A DNA stretch of 58,425 nt, from positions 6,463 to 64,887 of the forward strand of contig CAYSUL010000002.1 of assembly GCA_964434255.1 (NCBI GenBank), in the 5' to 3' direction. The position numbers and the translations under genes were made by a program. The notes beneath the pieces are model-generated. The model saw only the letters and a program-made list of their open reading frames with translations, was not told the DNA's origin and made no database searches. Positions 38,623 to 46,484 of the stretch are shown piece by piece; positions within the stretch are counted from its first letter, which is position 1, and each line of letters begins with the position of its first letter. This DNA is from an uncultured Candidatus Saccharibacteria bacterium. Lineage in GTDB: Bacteria > Patescibacteriota > Minisyncoccia > Phycocordibacterales > Phycocordibacteraceae.

Positions 38623-39240
38623 TCATTTCACAGCAAAGAGGTAGTAGCCGCTCGTTTGACTGCTTCTCTCCTTATGAAGAAGTCGGTCGAGCGTCCGACC
38701 AAGCGTGCGTACGGGCCATGACTTCCCTCCAGGGAAGAGATGGAAGAGCGTCTCGAACGCGCCTCGAACGGATACGAATTCGCTGTGCGAGAAATCCTTA
38801 AACAGGAGCGGGAGCGTGTCGTGCGTGAAGCGCCAGTAGTCTTTGTAGTAGCCGACCTCGGCGTGGTAGTAGTACAGAAACGGTACGTACACGAGACAGA
38901 ATCCCCCAGGCTTAAGCACGCGATACATCTCCTGGCACGCCAGAATGGGGTTCTCGACATGTTCGAGTACGGCAATGGCGATGACCGCATCCTGCGACGC
39001 ATCGCTAAACGGCAACGCATGAATATCACCGACGATGTCGGGATTAAACGTATCGACTGGATCGAGAATCTTATACTCCATCTTCTTCGCGAGCGGCAGT
39101 ATCCATGCGTTTTCGGGCCTGAACCGATTATTGCGCGTCGGGTCAATCCGAAGCCCTCCACCGATATCGATCACGGATTTCTTCTCCGTAAAGATACGGG
39201 TGACTGCTTGTTTGAAGAATGCATCATGGGAAGTGCTCAT
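38623..39240 (-). CDS. Class I SAM-dependent methyltransferase
   Basis: It has VIDIGGG, IAIAVLEHVENP and LKPGGFCLVYVP. Confidence 0.75.
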   Translation of the reverse strand: MSTSHDAFFKQAVTRIFTEKKSVIDIGGGLRIDPTRNNRFRPENAWILPLAKKMEYKILDPVDTFNPDIVGDIHALPFSDASQDAVIAIAVLEHVENPILACQEMYRVLKPGGFCLVYVPFLYYYHAEVGYYKDYWRFTHDTLPLLFKDFSHSEFVSVRGAFETLFHLFPGGKSWPVRTLGRTLDRLLHKERSSQTSGYYLFAVK

Positions 39241-39875
39241 ACGGTGGCGATGAAAACATATCCGAGCGGATTGCGATATGCGCTATCCGGCCGCATGCGG
39301 AGGAACAGCTCGTTCCAGGATGCGTACCACAGATAGGCGATAGGGCGCAGAGCACGCGGAAGCGAAAGTGCGAGAGTATTGAAGTTAGCGAGGAGTGGTC
39401 CCTCGGCGAGCGGCGAGATCGAGGCGGTCTCGAAGCCTGCGTCAGCCAGCAGGCGCGCGAGTGCTTCATGCGTGTACCGGAAATAATCATGCGGATCAGG
39501 GTGGTAGCCGACCCAGAACGGCACGAAGCCTATGAGACGTCCGCCCGGAGCAAGGACACGCCGCACTTCCCCTAGGAGAAACGAGTGATTATAGACATGT
39601 TCGAGGACGTTACAAAGGAGGACCGTGTCCGCGCTCGCTCGTTCGCCCGGCAACGCGTCCTTCTCGAAATCGATCCCGGTCATCGAACCGTCTACGATGT
39701 TGATGGATGCATCGGTTGCCTTCTGGAGGTACGAAAAATAGTCAGGTGCATGCCCTCCCCCAACGTCGAGCACACGGCCCACGAGCGTATGCGCACGGAG
39801 CGCCTGGTTCATCCGAATACGAGCCAGACTCTGACCCCTAAAGAGCGCGCGCATCGTCTCAAGTGTTCGGACCAT
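39237..39875 (-). CDS. Class I SAM-dependent methyltransferase
   Basis: It has VLDVGGGH, LLCNVLEHVYN and LAPGGRLIGFVP. Start moved to MVRTLET (39875), next to the upstream stop. Confidence 0.75.
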   Translation of the reverse strand: MVRTLETMRALFRGQSLARIRMNQALRAHTLVGRVLDVGGGHAPDYFSYLQKATDASINIVDGSMTGIDFEKDALPGERASADTVLLCNVLEHVYNHSFLLGEVRRVLAPGGRLIGFVPFWVGYHPDPHDYFRYTHEALARLLADAGFETASISPLAEGPLLANFNTLALSLPRALRPIAYLWYASWNELFLRMRPDSAYRNPLGYVFIATV

Positions 39876-39876
39876 A

Positions 39877-40527
39877 TCAGGCGGGCGTTGCGATGACCAC
39901 GAGGGTCTCGAGGTACTTTGGCGTAAAGCGAGCAAGGAGTGCATAGACGCCATTCAAAAATTTCTTCTTCCAGCTCTCTGGATACGCGTATTCGAGCGAA
40001 TATACATACGCGATCTCCTGCAGTTCAAAGCCGCACTTCCCGAGAAGCGTACGAAGCGTCTTCCGATTGAAATAGCTGGTATGATCCGCGTTAACCGTCG
40101 GCTCGTCCTTAGTGAGCTTTTCGGCGAGATTGAAAAGATTGAAGCAGTTCGGTGTGGTCAGTACGAGACGACTCGTCGGGCCCATATGATTAACGCACGC
40201 AGCGAGGAATGCGCCTGGATTCGGGAGGTGCTCGATGATATCGCCTGCAAATACGACATCGAACCGCTGGTCCGGGAAGGAGAATTGTTCCGCACTCTCC
40301 TCGTGATAGCGACGCGTATCCGGGAATCCTGCGCGATCTATCTCAAGATCGACACCGAACACCTCTTTGGCCTGCTTCTGTAGGAGCGCGTGGGGCCAGT
40401 GATCGCTATTGTTCCGTATCCCTTGTCCGAGAAATCCGACATCGAGCACTGTATCGGTACTTTTCACGACTGCACCTATCAGTTCGGCTTTGTTGCGAAA
40501 TACACGGGGGTGGCTCATATACCTCAT
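39877..40527 (-). CDS. Class I SAM-dependent methyltransferase
   Basis: It has VLDVGF.GQG, FAGDIIEHLPNP and SRLVLTTPN. Start at the ATGA overlap (40524-40527). Confidence 0.75.
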   Translation of the reverse strand: MRYMSHPRVFRNKAELIGAVVKSTDTVLDVGFLGQGIRNNSDHWPHALLQKQAKEVFGVDLEIDRAGFPDTRRYHEESAEQFSFPDQRFDVVFAGDIIEHLPNPGAFLAACVNHMGPTSRLVLTTPNCFNLFNLAEKLTKDEPTVNADHTSYFNRKTLRTLLGKCGFELQEIAYVYSLEYAYPESWKKKFLNGVYALLARFTPKYLETLVVIATPA

Positions 40528-41555
40528 GAGTATAGGGCGCGCGCCAAGCGACCGCAAAGCACAGGAAGGCTCTCCTCCTCGGCGAGGATGCGCATGGTGT
40601 CGCGCTCACGCTCTTGCTCGAGCACAGGAAGTGACAGAAGCACGTTCAAGCGCTCGAAAAGCGTGAACACGTCTGTGAAATGGAACATGTCGCCTGCCAC
40701 TTCCCGGAAATCTCCGCTTGCAGCCAGCACGAGGCAGCCGCTTGCAGCCGCCTCGAATATCGTCTTGTCATACATCCCAGGCGGGGAGCAATTCACGAAA
40801 ATGTCATGCGTACGGAAGACCCGTGCCGCCCTCTCATTAGGTATGCTCGGATAAAAGCGCACACGGTCATGGAGCCCGCGACGCTCGACCTGATGTCTGA
40901 GATTGTCGTAGTACACCGCATCCTCCTTGTTCGGTGCTCCATAGAATGAAGCGGTGAAGCTCGTCCCCTTCTCTATCAAGAGACCGAGTGCTTCGATTAG
41001 CATGTCGGGACGTTTAGACGGGGACATGCGCGCAAGAAAAAGTATCGACCCCGGGGCTCTCGACACACTCTCTCCATTACCAAATCGCTTTGTATCGACG
41101 CCGACTGGCATAAGCACTGTCTTCGTATATTTCGCTGTGTAGGAGTACTTCGAGGTGCAAAATACGCTCACGCAGAACGCCGCGGCAATGTCAGTCAGAA
41201 GCGACCCCGCATAATGGTTGCGCCAGAGGTATACGCGCTTACCGAGGAACTTCCACAGCCACCCGGCAAGGAGTATGTACTCCTGGTTCATGTGCACGAA
41301 CACTGCGTCGTACTCACGACGCAGCCCCCAAACGATGCTGAGGAACCGAAGCGAATAAACGAGTGCCGAGCGAGCGCTACACTCTTTCCCGAGTGAGTGC
41401 ACGCGCACGTTCGAAGGTAGCGTATGCTCGCCCTCGTACAGACATATCACCTCTATCGATTCAACGTGTTTCGCGAGCTCGATGAGCCAGCCGTGATACG
41501 CTCCGAGTACTGCATCATTGCGGTCAACGACCTGGGTTACGAAGAGGAGCTTCAT
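40524..41555 (-). CDS. GT4-family glycosyltransferase
   Basis: 343 aa. It has MKLLFVTQVVD and a C-terminal lobe with HDIFVNCSPPGMYDKTIFEAAASGCLVL. Confidence 0.8.
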   Translation of the reverse strand: MKLLFVTQVVDRNDAVLGAYHGWLIELAKHVESIEVICLYEGEHTLPSNVRVHSLGKECSARSALVYSLRFLSIVWGLRREYDAVFVHMNQEYILLAGWLWKFLGKRVYLWRNHYAGSLLTDIAAAFCVSVFCTSKYSYTAKYTKTVLMPVGVDTKRFGNGESVSRAPGSILFLARMSPSKRPDMLIEALGLLIEKGTSFTASFYGAPNKEDAVYYDNLRHQVERRGLHDRVRFYPSIPNERAARVFRTHDIFVNCSPPGMYDKTIFEAAASGCLVLAASGDFREVAGDMFHFTDVFTLFERLNVLLSLPVLEQERERDTMRILAEEESLPVLCGRLARALYS

Positions 41556-42004
41556 GGAAGTTCAGAGAGTGTGTGGATGACCGGCCATCTGCCGTCTCCC
41601 TTCGCTTCGTCACGAATGATTTGGAATACATTCACTCCGGGACAAAGTACACTCATATTCTCGAGTTGCCCGATAGAATCGTCTACGAATACCGGGGACG
41701 CTCCGTACATGCTGATATGCGGCGCAAGGTATTCGCCCTTCGCTTTTCCTGCTGTATACATAACGGCGATACGCGGAATGCCCGAAAGCGCACTTTCTAT
41801 TATTCCCGCCCCCTCCTCCTTATCCATGGCGGTTATAACCATGGCACTGTTCCCTTTGTCGCGCAGGAATCCCGCAGCATCAGGATAGAGGAACTGCGCT
41901 AATTCTCCTGGAGCGAACGCCATCCCGCCTTCCCTGCTCTTCATATACGTATCGAACGTAGCAGTATCGAAAAGGGTCCCCGCGAAATCGATGAGATACA
42001 TCAT
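41552..42004 (-). CDS. HAD-superfamily-like small protein with an atypical motif I
   Basis: 150 aa. YLIDFAGTLFD resembles DxDGTL, but the second Asp is Ala. It has a late VFVDDS motif. ATGA overlaps at both ends. Confidence 0.4.
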   Translation of the reverse strand: MMYLIDFAGTLFDTATFDTYMKSREGGMAFAPGELAQFLYPDAAGFLRDKGNSAMVITAMDKEEGAGIIESALSGIPRIAVMYTAGKAKGEYLAPHISMYGASPVFVDDSIGQLENMSVLCPGVNVFQIIRDEAKGDGRWPVIHTLSELP

Positions 42005-43158
42005 GCGGGTATGCCGGCTATCGTGCGGGAGAGGTCCTGCGCTATCTGCGCCGGCTGGTCGGCGAGTGATGCGAGGTGCGCCTGCGCCTTACGTTCTGCG
42101 CTCATGGTGAGCGTCTTGCGCGACTGCACGTCCTCGATGAGGCCTACGATGTGGACGGCGAGCGCAGCCGGGTCGCCCGGCGGCGCGACCAGCACATCCT
42201 CGTATCCTGTGAATACCTCGCCCACGATGCCCACGTCGGTCGTGATGATCGGTACGCGGGCGAGTGCGGCCTCGATGAGCGTGAGCCCGTATCCTTCGTA
42301 CGCGCTCGCTTGGATGTATGCCTGCGCGCTCCGCAGGAGCCCGAGCGCATCCGTGCGCCATCCAAGGAATACGACCTTGCCAGCAAGTCCGAGCGAGCGG
42401 ACCCGCTTCTCCAGCCCTCGCCTCGAGCGCCCGTCACCAACTATAAAGAGCCCGGCTGACGGGTAGAGCTTGGTGATGCGCGCGAGCGCGGCGAGGATAT
42501 CCTCGATACGCTTCTCGGGCTCGAGCCTGCCGGTGGTCATGAGCGCGAAGGAGAACGGGTGCGATGGGAGTGCAACGGGTTCAGGAAGCGTAACGCTCGT
42601 CGCTATGGGTATCACCGTTATGGGAGCGATGCGGTTCCCGTAGCGTTCCGCGAGCGAGGCCTCGATACGTCGCGACACCGCACGGATGCCGTTCGCCTTC
42701 GGCAGTATCGTATCAGCCAGATGCAATCGCACCTTATTCAGGAACGGCACGGGGACCTTCGGCGAGCGCATGACGCCGCTCCGCGTGAACCAGGGCGAGC
42801 AGAAATCGGTATGCACCTGGATGTGGAGCTTGGCGGGCGTTCCCTTCACCGCCTCATGCGCGATCCACCCGTACTCGAAGGGGTCCTGTGCGGACACGAC
42901 TTCGATACCCGCTTCCGCTACGAGCCTGCGCGCGTTCCGCTTGAGCGCGAGCAGGCTTCCGAGCTTCCCTCCTCCGACCGCGGTGAGAATGAGCGCTCCC
43001 TCTTGCACGCCTTCAGCGTATGCGCGCACGTCCTTAGGATGCGCCCGCGAGAGCACGTGCAGCTGACCTATGGCCGCTGCATACGTCTGCATACGAGCGC
43101 GCACAGGACTATTCGGGTCGAATAGATTGGGGTCGTTCGATATGAAAAGCGCTTTCAT
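42001..43158 (-). CDS. GT4-family glycosyltransferase
   Basis: 385 aa. It has GRLEPEKR, LFIVGDG and ASAYEGYGLTLIEAALARVPIITTDVG. Confidence 0.85.
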   Translation of the reverse strand: MKALFISNDPNLFDPNSPVRARMQTYAAAIGQLHVLSRAHPKDVRAYAEGVQEGALILTAVGGGKLGSLLALKRNARRLVAEAGIEVVSAQDPFEYGWIAHEAVKGTPAKLHIQVHTDFCSPWFTRSGVMRSPKVPVPFLNKVRLHLADTILPKANGIRAVSRRIEASLAERYGNRIAPITVIPIATSVTLPEPVALPSHPFSFALMTTGRLEPEKRIEDILAALARITKLYPSAGLFIVGDGRSRRGLEKRVRSLGLAGKVVFLGWRTDALGLLRSAQAYIQASAYEGYGLTLIEAALARVPIITTDVGIVGEVFTGYEDVLVAPPGDPAALAVHIVGLIEDVQSRKTLTMSAERKAQAHLASLADQPAQIAQDLSRTIAGIPA

Positions 43159-44246
43159 ACAAGAGAAGTGAGGAGCGACTTCGTTGCGGTTATCATCGCA
43201 TCCATGCTGAATCGAGCGGACGAAGCGCGCGCGTTGCTGCTCAATCGCGCACGAAGAACATCATCTGCGATTAATCGTCGTATCGCTGCTGTGAGCATCT
43301 CCGTATCGCGGGACTCGATAAGGAGACCGTTCTCGCCATCGGTCACGAGTTCCGGATTCCCGCCCACCGCGGTCGCGATTGAAGGCACACCGAGGGAGAG
43401 CGCTTCGATGAGGAGATGCGATAGGCCTTCATAGGTGGAATTGAGCACGAAGACATCAGCCTCTCGGAGCGTCGCGAGCGTTGCGTCGTGAGGAAGCGCC
43501 CCCGTGAACAGGACTTTGCCGGGAGCGACTTCGGCAGCCAACTGTTCGAGGCGCGCACGCGACGGCCCGTCGCCCACGATAACGAGCGAAGCTCCTTCGA
43601 TATCCTTTACCGCCTCGATGACCCCTTCCATCTGCTTCCAGGGAACCAGGCGTCCGATGGAAACGATGCGAGGGTGCGGAAGGGCGAGGACCGCATCCGG
43701 CGCTCTTCCCGTCTCTTCGCTACGCATCGCGTTATATATGACGGAGATGGAAGCAGGTTCGACGTCCTTCCAGGTAGAGACGACGCGCTTGAGGTATTCG
43801 CTCGGTACGATGATACGCACCGCGCTTCGTGCTACCCATGACTCCACGCCCTGCAGGAATCTGACCTCGAACGGAAGGCTGCGTGCAGTGGCGAACTGGT
43901 CGAGCGTGTCGGTGAGACCGAAGCGCTGGCGTCCCTGTTCCCACGCATAGTCCCCCACCACTTTCACGACGAGCGGCTTCTTGAGGAAGCGAGCGGCGAG
44001 CGCGGCAGGAAGCCCTACCGATACCGGATCGAGCGCGAGGATGAGGTCTGCCTCCTTGCCGCTTCGGAGCACCATGAAGAAATAGATGAGATGGCGGAGG
44101 AGCTTCGGGAACCTGCGCACGAGGCCGAATTTAACTACCATCACGTCAACCCCAGCGCCTGGCAACGCCTCTTCGAGCGTGCGTACATAGGTAGCAGGGC
44201 CGCCGGGGTCCGGCGGGTATAGGGGGGTCGCGATAAGGACGCGCAT
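43155..44246 (-). CDS. GT4-family glycosyltransferase
   Basis: 363 aa. It has MRVLIATPLYPPDPGGPATY and STYEGLSHLLIEALSLGVPSIATAVGGNPE. Confidence 0.85.
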   Translation of the reverse strand: MRVLIATPLYPPDPGGPATYVRTLEEALPGAGVDVMVVKFGLVRRFPKLLRHLIYFFMVLRSGKEADLILALDPVSVGLPAALAARFLKKPLVVKVVGDYAWEQGRQRFGLTDTLDQFATARSLPFEVRFLQGVESWVARSAVRIIVPSEYLKRVVSTWKDVEPASISVIYNAMRSEETGRAPDAVLALPHPRIVSIGRLVPWKQMEGVIEAVKDIEGASLVIVGDGPSRARLEQLAAEVAPGKVLFTGALPHDATLATLREADVFVLNSTYEGLSHLLIEALSLGVPSIATAVGGNPELVTDGENGLLIESRDTEMLTAAIRRLIADDVLRARLSSNARASSARFSMDAMITATKSLLTSLV

Positions 44247-44255
44247 ATCCCTATT

Positions 44256-45476
44256 CTAGCTCGCCTTGGCCGTGCCCGTCATACGCGAGAAAATACCGCG
44301 CATGGACTCGGAAACCGTCTCCCAATCATAGCGTTCGTGCACCATATGCTCCGCAGTATCCATGACAGTTAGAACCTCGGCAGGCCGCGCAAGGATGTCC
44401 TCTACCGCCTCTGCTATCTGCTGCGGAGCGTCAGCATCGACCGCCCATCCGGTCGTTCCCTTATCCGGGTTGCGCTTCGCGTCGTACAGGAAGTCGGCGA
44501 TGCCGCCCTCCTGCGTCGCGATGACCGGCAGCCGTGCCGCCATCGCTTCGACAAACGAGTTACCCATGCCCTCGGAGCGCGAAGGGCGGATGAATATATC
44601 CGAGGCCTTTAGCGCGAGCGGCATCTCCGCATGCCCGATCTGTCCCATGAAGCGGGCGCGGCTATCGACACCGAGCTCCTTCGCAAGCTCTTTGAGTTTC
44701 ACCTCGTCAGGACCGATGCCATAGATAATGAACGAGACATTGGTTGGCAGCAGCGGAAGCGCGCGTATGACGTCGTCTATCCCGTTCTTATGCACGAGGC
44801 GAGACGTCGTTACCATGTATACATCCCCTTCCTTTTTTCCAAGCGATTCCTTGAATTTCGCAATGGCTTCTTCCGAATGAGATGCGGAGAAATGCGCTAC
44901 GTTGACCGCGTTCGGGATGACCGTTGAATCGCCTTGGAATCCCATACGTATCCCCCACGCACGAAGGAAATTGGAGATGGGTTGCAGATAGTCCGCGCTC
45001 GTGAAGCCCTGACGGAAGAGGCCCCATACCGGCTTCATCATACGCTCGATGTATTCAGGCGGATCCCCCTCCTGAAGGGTAAGGAGGTATGGCACGCGAG
45101 GGAATCGTTTCTTGAAGAGCCCTGCAGGAATGGCGCAGGAGTGGGCCATCATCGCCCAGATGCCGTCATACGAATGCTGACGATGCAATTTCTTCGCCTC
45201 GAAGTATGCGATGAATTGATAGAGGAATTTATTCAAATGAAGCGGGAACTTCTTGAGGTCCGCTATGGAAGGATCGGGACGCGCAGGCCCGATGCGATGC
45301 ACCAGCACATTCCCTATGCGCTCCTCCTTCGGAAGGTTCGAATCGAAACGAAGCGTCACCATGTGGAACTCGATCTCATCGGAGGGAACACGATCTGTTA
45401 TCTCCTTAATAGCCACTTCCGCCCCTCCTATGAATTGAGGAAAGTAGTTCAGTGAAAAGATGAGTATCTTCGTCAT
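44256..45476 (-). CDS. GT4-family glycosyltransferase
   Basis: Start at MTKILIFSLNYFPQFIGGAE (ATGA overlap at 45473-45476). It has RPSRSEGMGNSFVEAMAARLPVIATQEGG. Confidence 0.85.
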   Translation of the reverse strand: MTKILIFSLNYFPQFIGGAEVAIKEITDRVPSDEIEFHMVTLRFDSNLPKEERIGNVLVHRIGPARPDPSIADLKKFPLHLNKFLYQFIAYFEAKKLHRQHSYDGIWAMMAHSCAIPAGLFKKRFPRVPYLLTLQEGDPPEYIERMMKPVWGLFRQGFTSADYLQPISNFLRAWGIRMGFQGDSTVIPNAVNVAHFSASHSEEAIAKFKESLGKKEGDVYMVTTSRLVHKNGIDDVIRALPLLPTNVSFIIYGIGPDEVKLKELAKELGVDSRARFMGQIGHAEMPLALKASDIFIRPSRSEGMGNSFVEAMAARLPVIATQEGGIADFLYDAKRNPDKGTTGWAVDADAPQQIAEAVEDILARPAEVLTVMDTAEHMVHERYDWETVSESMRGIFSRMTGTAKAS

Positions 45477-46324
45477 GCGTCCGTTACGGAGCGGATATAC
45501 GCAGGAAGAGATTCCGTCGGTCGCCAACCGAGAAGCTCGGTCTTGCTCGTATCTATATCGGAACCCATGCGATTCCCGAGGACTTCGGCACCCATGCGCA
45601 TGTCGCCACCGAACATTTCAGCTACTTCGAGTATGGAGTACGCCTCCCTATTTCCAATGCCGAAGTCATCCCCTTCGCCCTTCTCTCCCACGATTATAAG
45701 TGCGGACACGATATCATCGATGTGCGTGAAATTACGCTTCTGTGTACCCGGCGCATTCACCGTGAGCGGCTCTCCCGCCATACGCTTCTGCTTGAATATT
45801 TCTATGACTGTGCCGTACGCGCCCGCGCGCTCGCCCGGACCGTACACGTTGTAGAAGTAAGTAATCGCATACGGCACGCCATACCAATGCCCGTAATTGC
45901 GGACAAGTTCGGTGTTGCTCGCCTTCGCCCATGCGTACGGGCTTTGATCACGACCGAGCCCTCCGTCGCCGAATTTCGTCGATGAGCCGGCATATACTAT
46001 CTTGACTGTTTTCTTTCGACAGAACTCGAGCACTGCGCATGTCCCGATCTTATTGAGATCCCACACGAGCGCAGGCTCCGTGAGGCTCTTCTCGACGCGC
46101 GAATATTCCCCCAGGTGATACACGAGGTCTGGGGACTCAGGCACCAGGCTCTCAATATCCTTCGTGTGCCCCTCACGGTATTCAACGCCCGGAACATGGT
46201 TCTCCCGAGAACCGGTGAAATAGTTATCGAGCGAGATGACTCGATGCCCTTCTTCCTTAAGCCTGCGGCAGAGATGGGAGCCGATGAAGCCTGCTCCGCC
46301 GGTTACGAGAATGGTCTTAGCCAT
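45473..46324 (-). CDS. NAD-dependent sugar epimerase/dehydratase (extended SDR); first gene of the long minus-strand glycan unit
   Basis: Start at MAKTILVTGGAGFIGSHL (46324). It has a GSS motif and YAWAK. Confidence 0.85.
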   Translation of the reverse strand: MAKTILVTGGAGFIGSHLCRRLKEEGHRVISLDNYFTGSRENHVPGVEYREGHTKDIESLVPESPDLVYHLGEYSRVEKSLTEPALVWDLNKIGTCAVLEFCRKKTVKIVYAGSSTKFGDGGLGRDQSPYAWAKASNTELVRNYGHWYGVPYAITYFYNVYGPGERAGAYGTVIEIFKQKRMAGEPLTVNAPGTQKRNFTHIDDIVSALIIVGEKGEGDDFGIGNREAYSILEVAEMFGGDMRMGAEVLGNRMGSDIDTSKTELLGWRPTESLPAYIRSVTDA

Positions 46325-46364
46325 GGATAGTGTAACGATACGGTACCGGCATGAAAAGACAAAT

Positions 46365-46407
46365 GCCGCCCCCACGGAGAAGCCTCAGCTCGTTCCGTGG
46401 GGGCGGC
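46365..46407 (-). terminator. 14-bp GC-rich hairpin followed by a T-rich tract
   Basis: The arms are gccgcccccacgga and tccgtgggggcggc with a 15-nt loop. The minus strand then reads ATTTGTCTTTTCAT. It lies between the coupling-protein-like gene and the glycan operon. Confidence 0.5.
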
Positions 46408-46424
46408 CGGTACGCTATTCATGC

Positions 46425-46467
46425 CGGCGGTACTAATTGGTAATGAGATCACTCATTAGTACCGCCG
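46425..46467 (-). terminator. Second hairpin (13-bp arms) directly after the coupling-protein-like gene
   Basis: cggcggtactaat ... attagtaccgccg. There is no clear T-run. It is tandem with the 46365-46407 hairpin. Confidence 0.35.
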
Positions 46468-46484
46468 TACACCCGGAAAAGTTT

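Noticed and set aside
44253-44258. TAGAAT 6 nt upstream of the GT4 start at 44246 (and TGAAAT before 38618) as leaderless promoters
   Set aside because: Both hexamers contain the stop codon of the preceding gene inside 4-9 nt gaps of a tightly coupled operon, so they are more likely coincidental.
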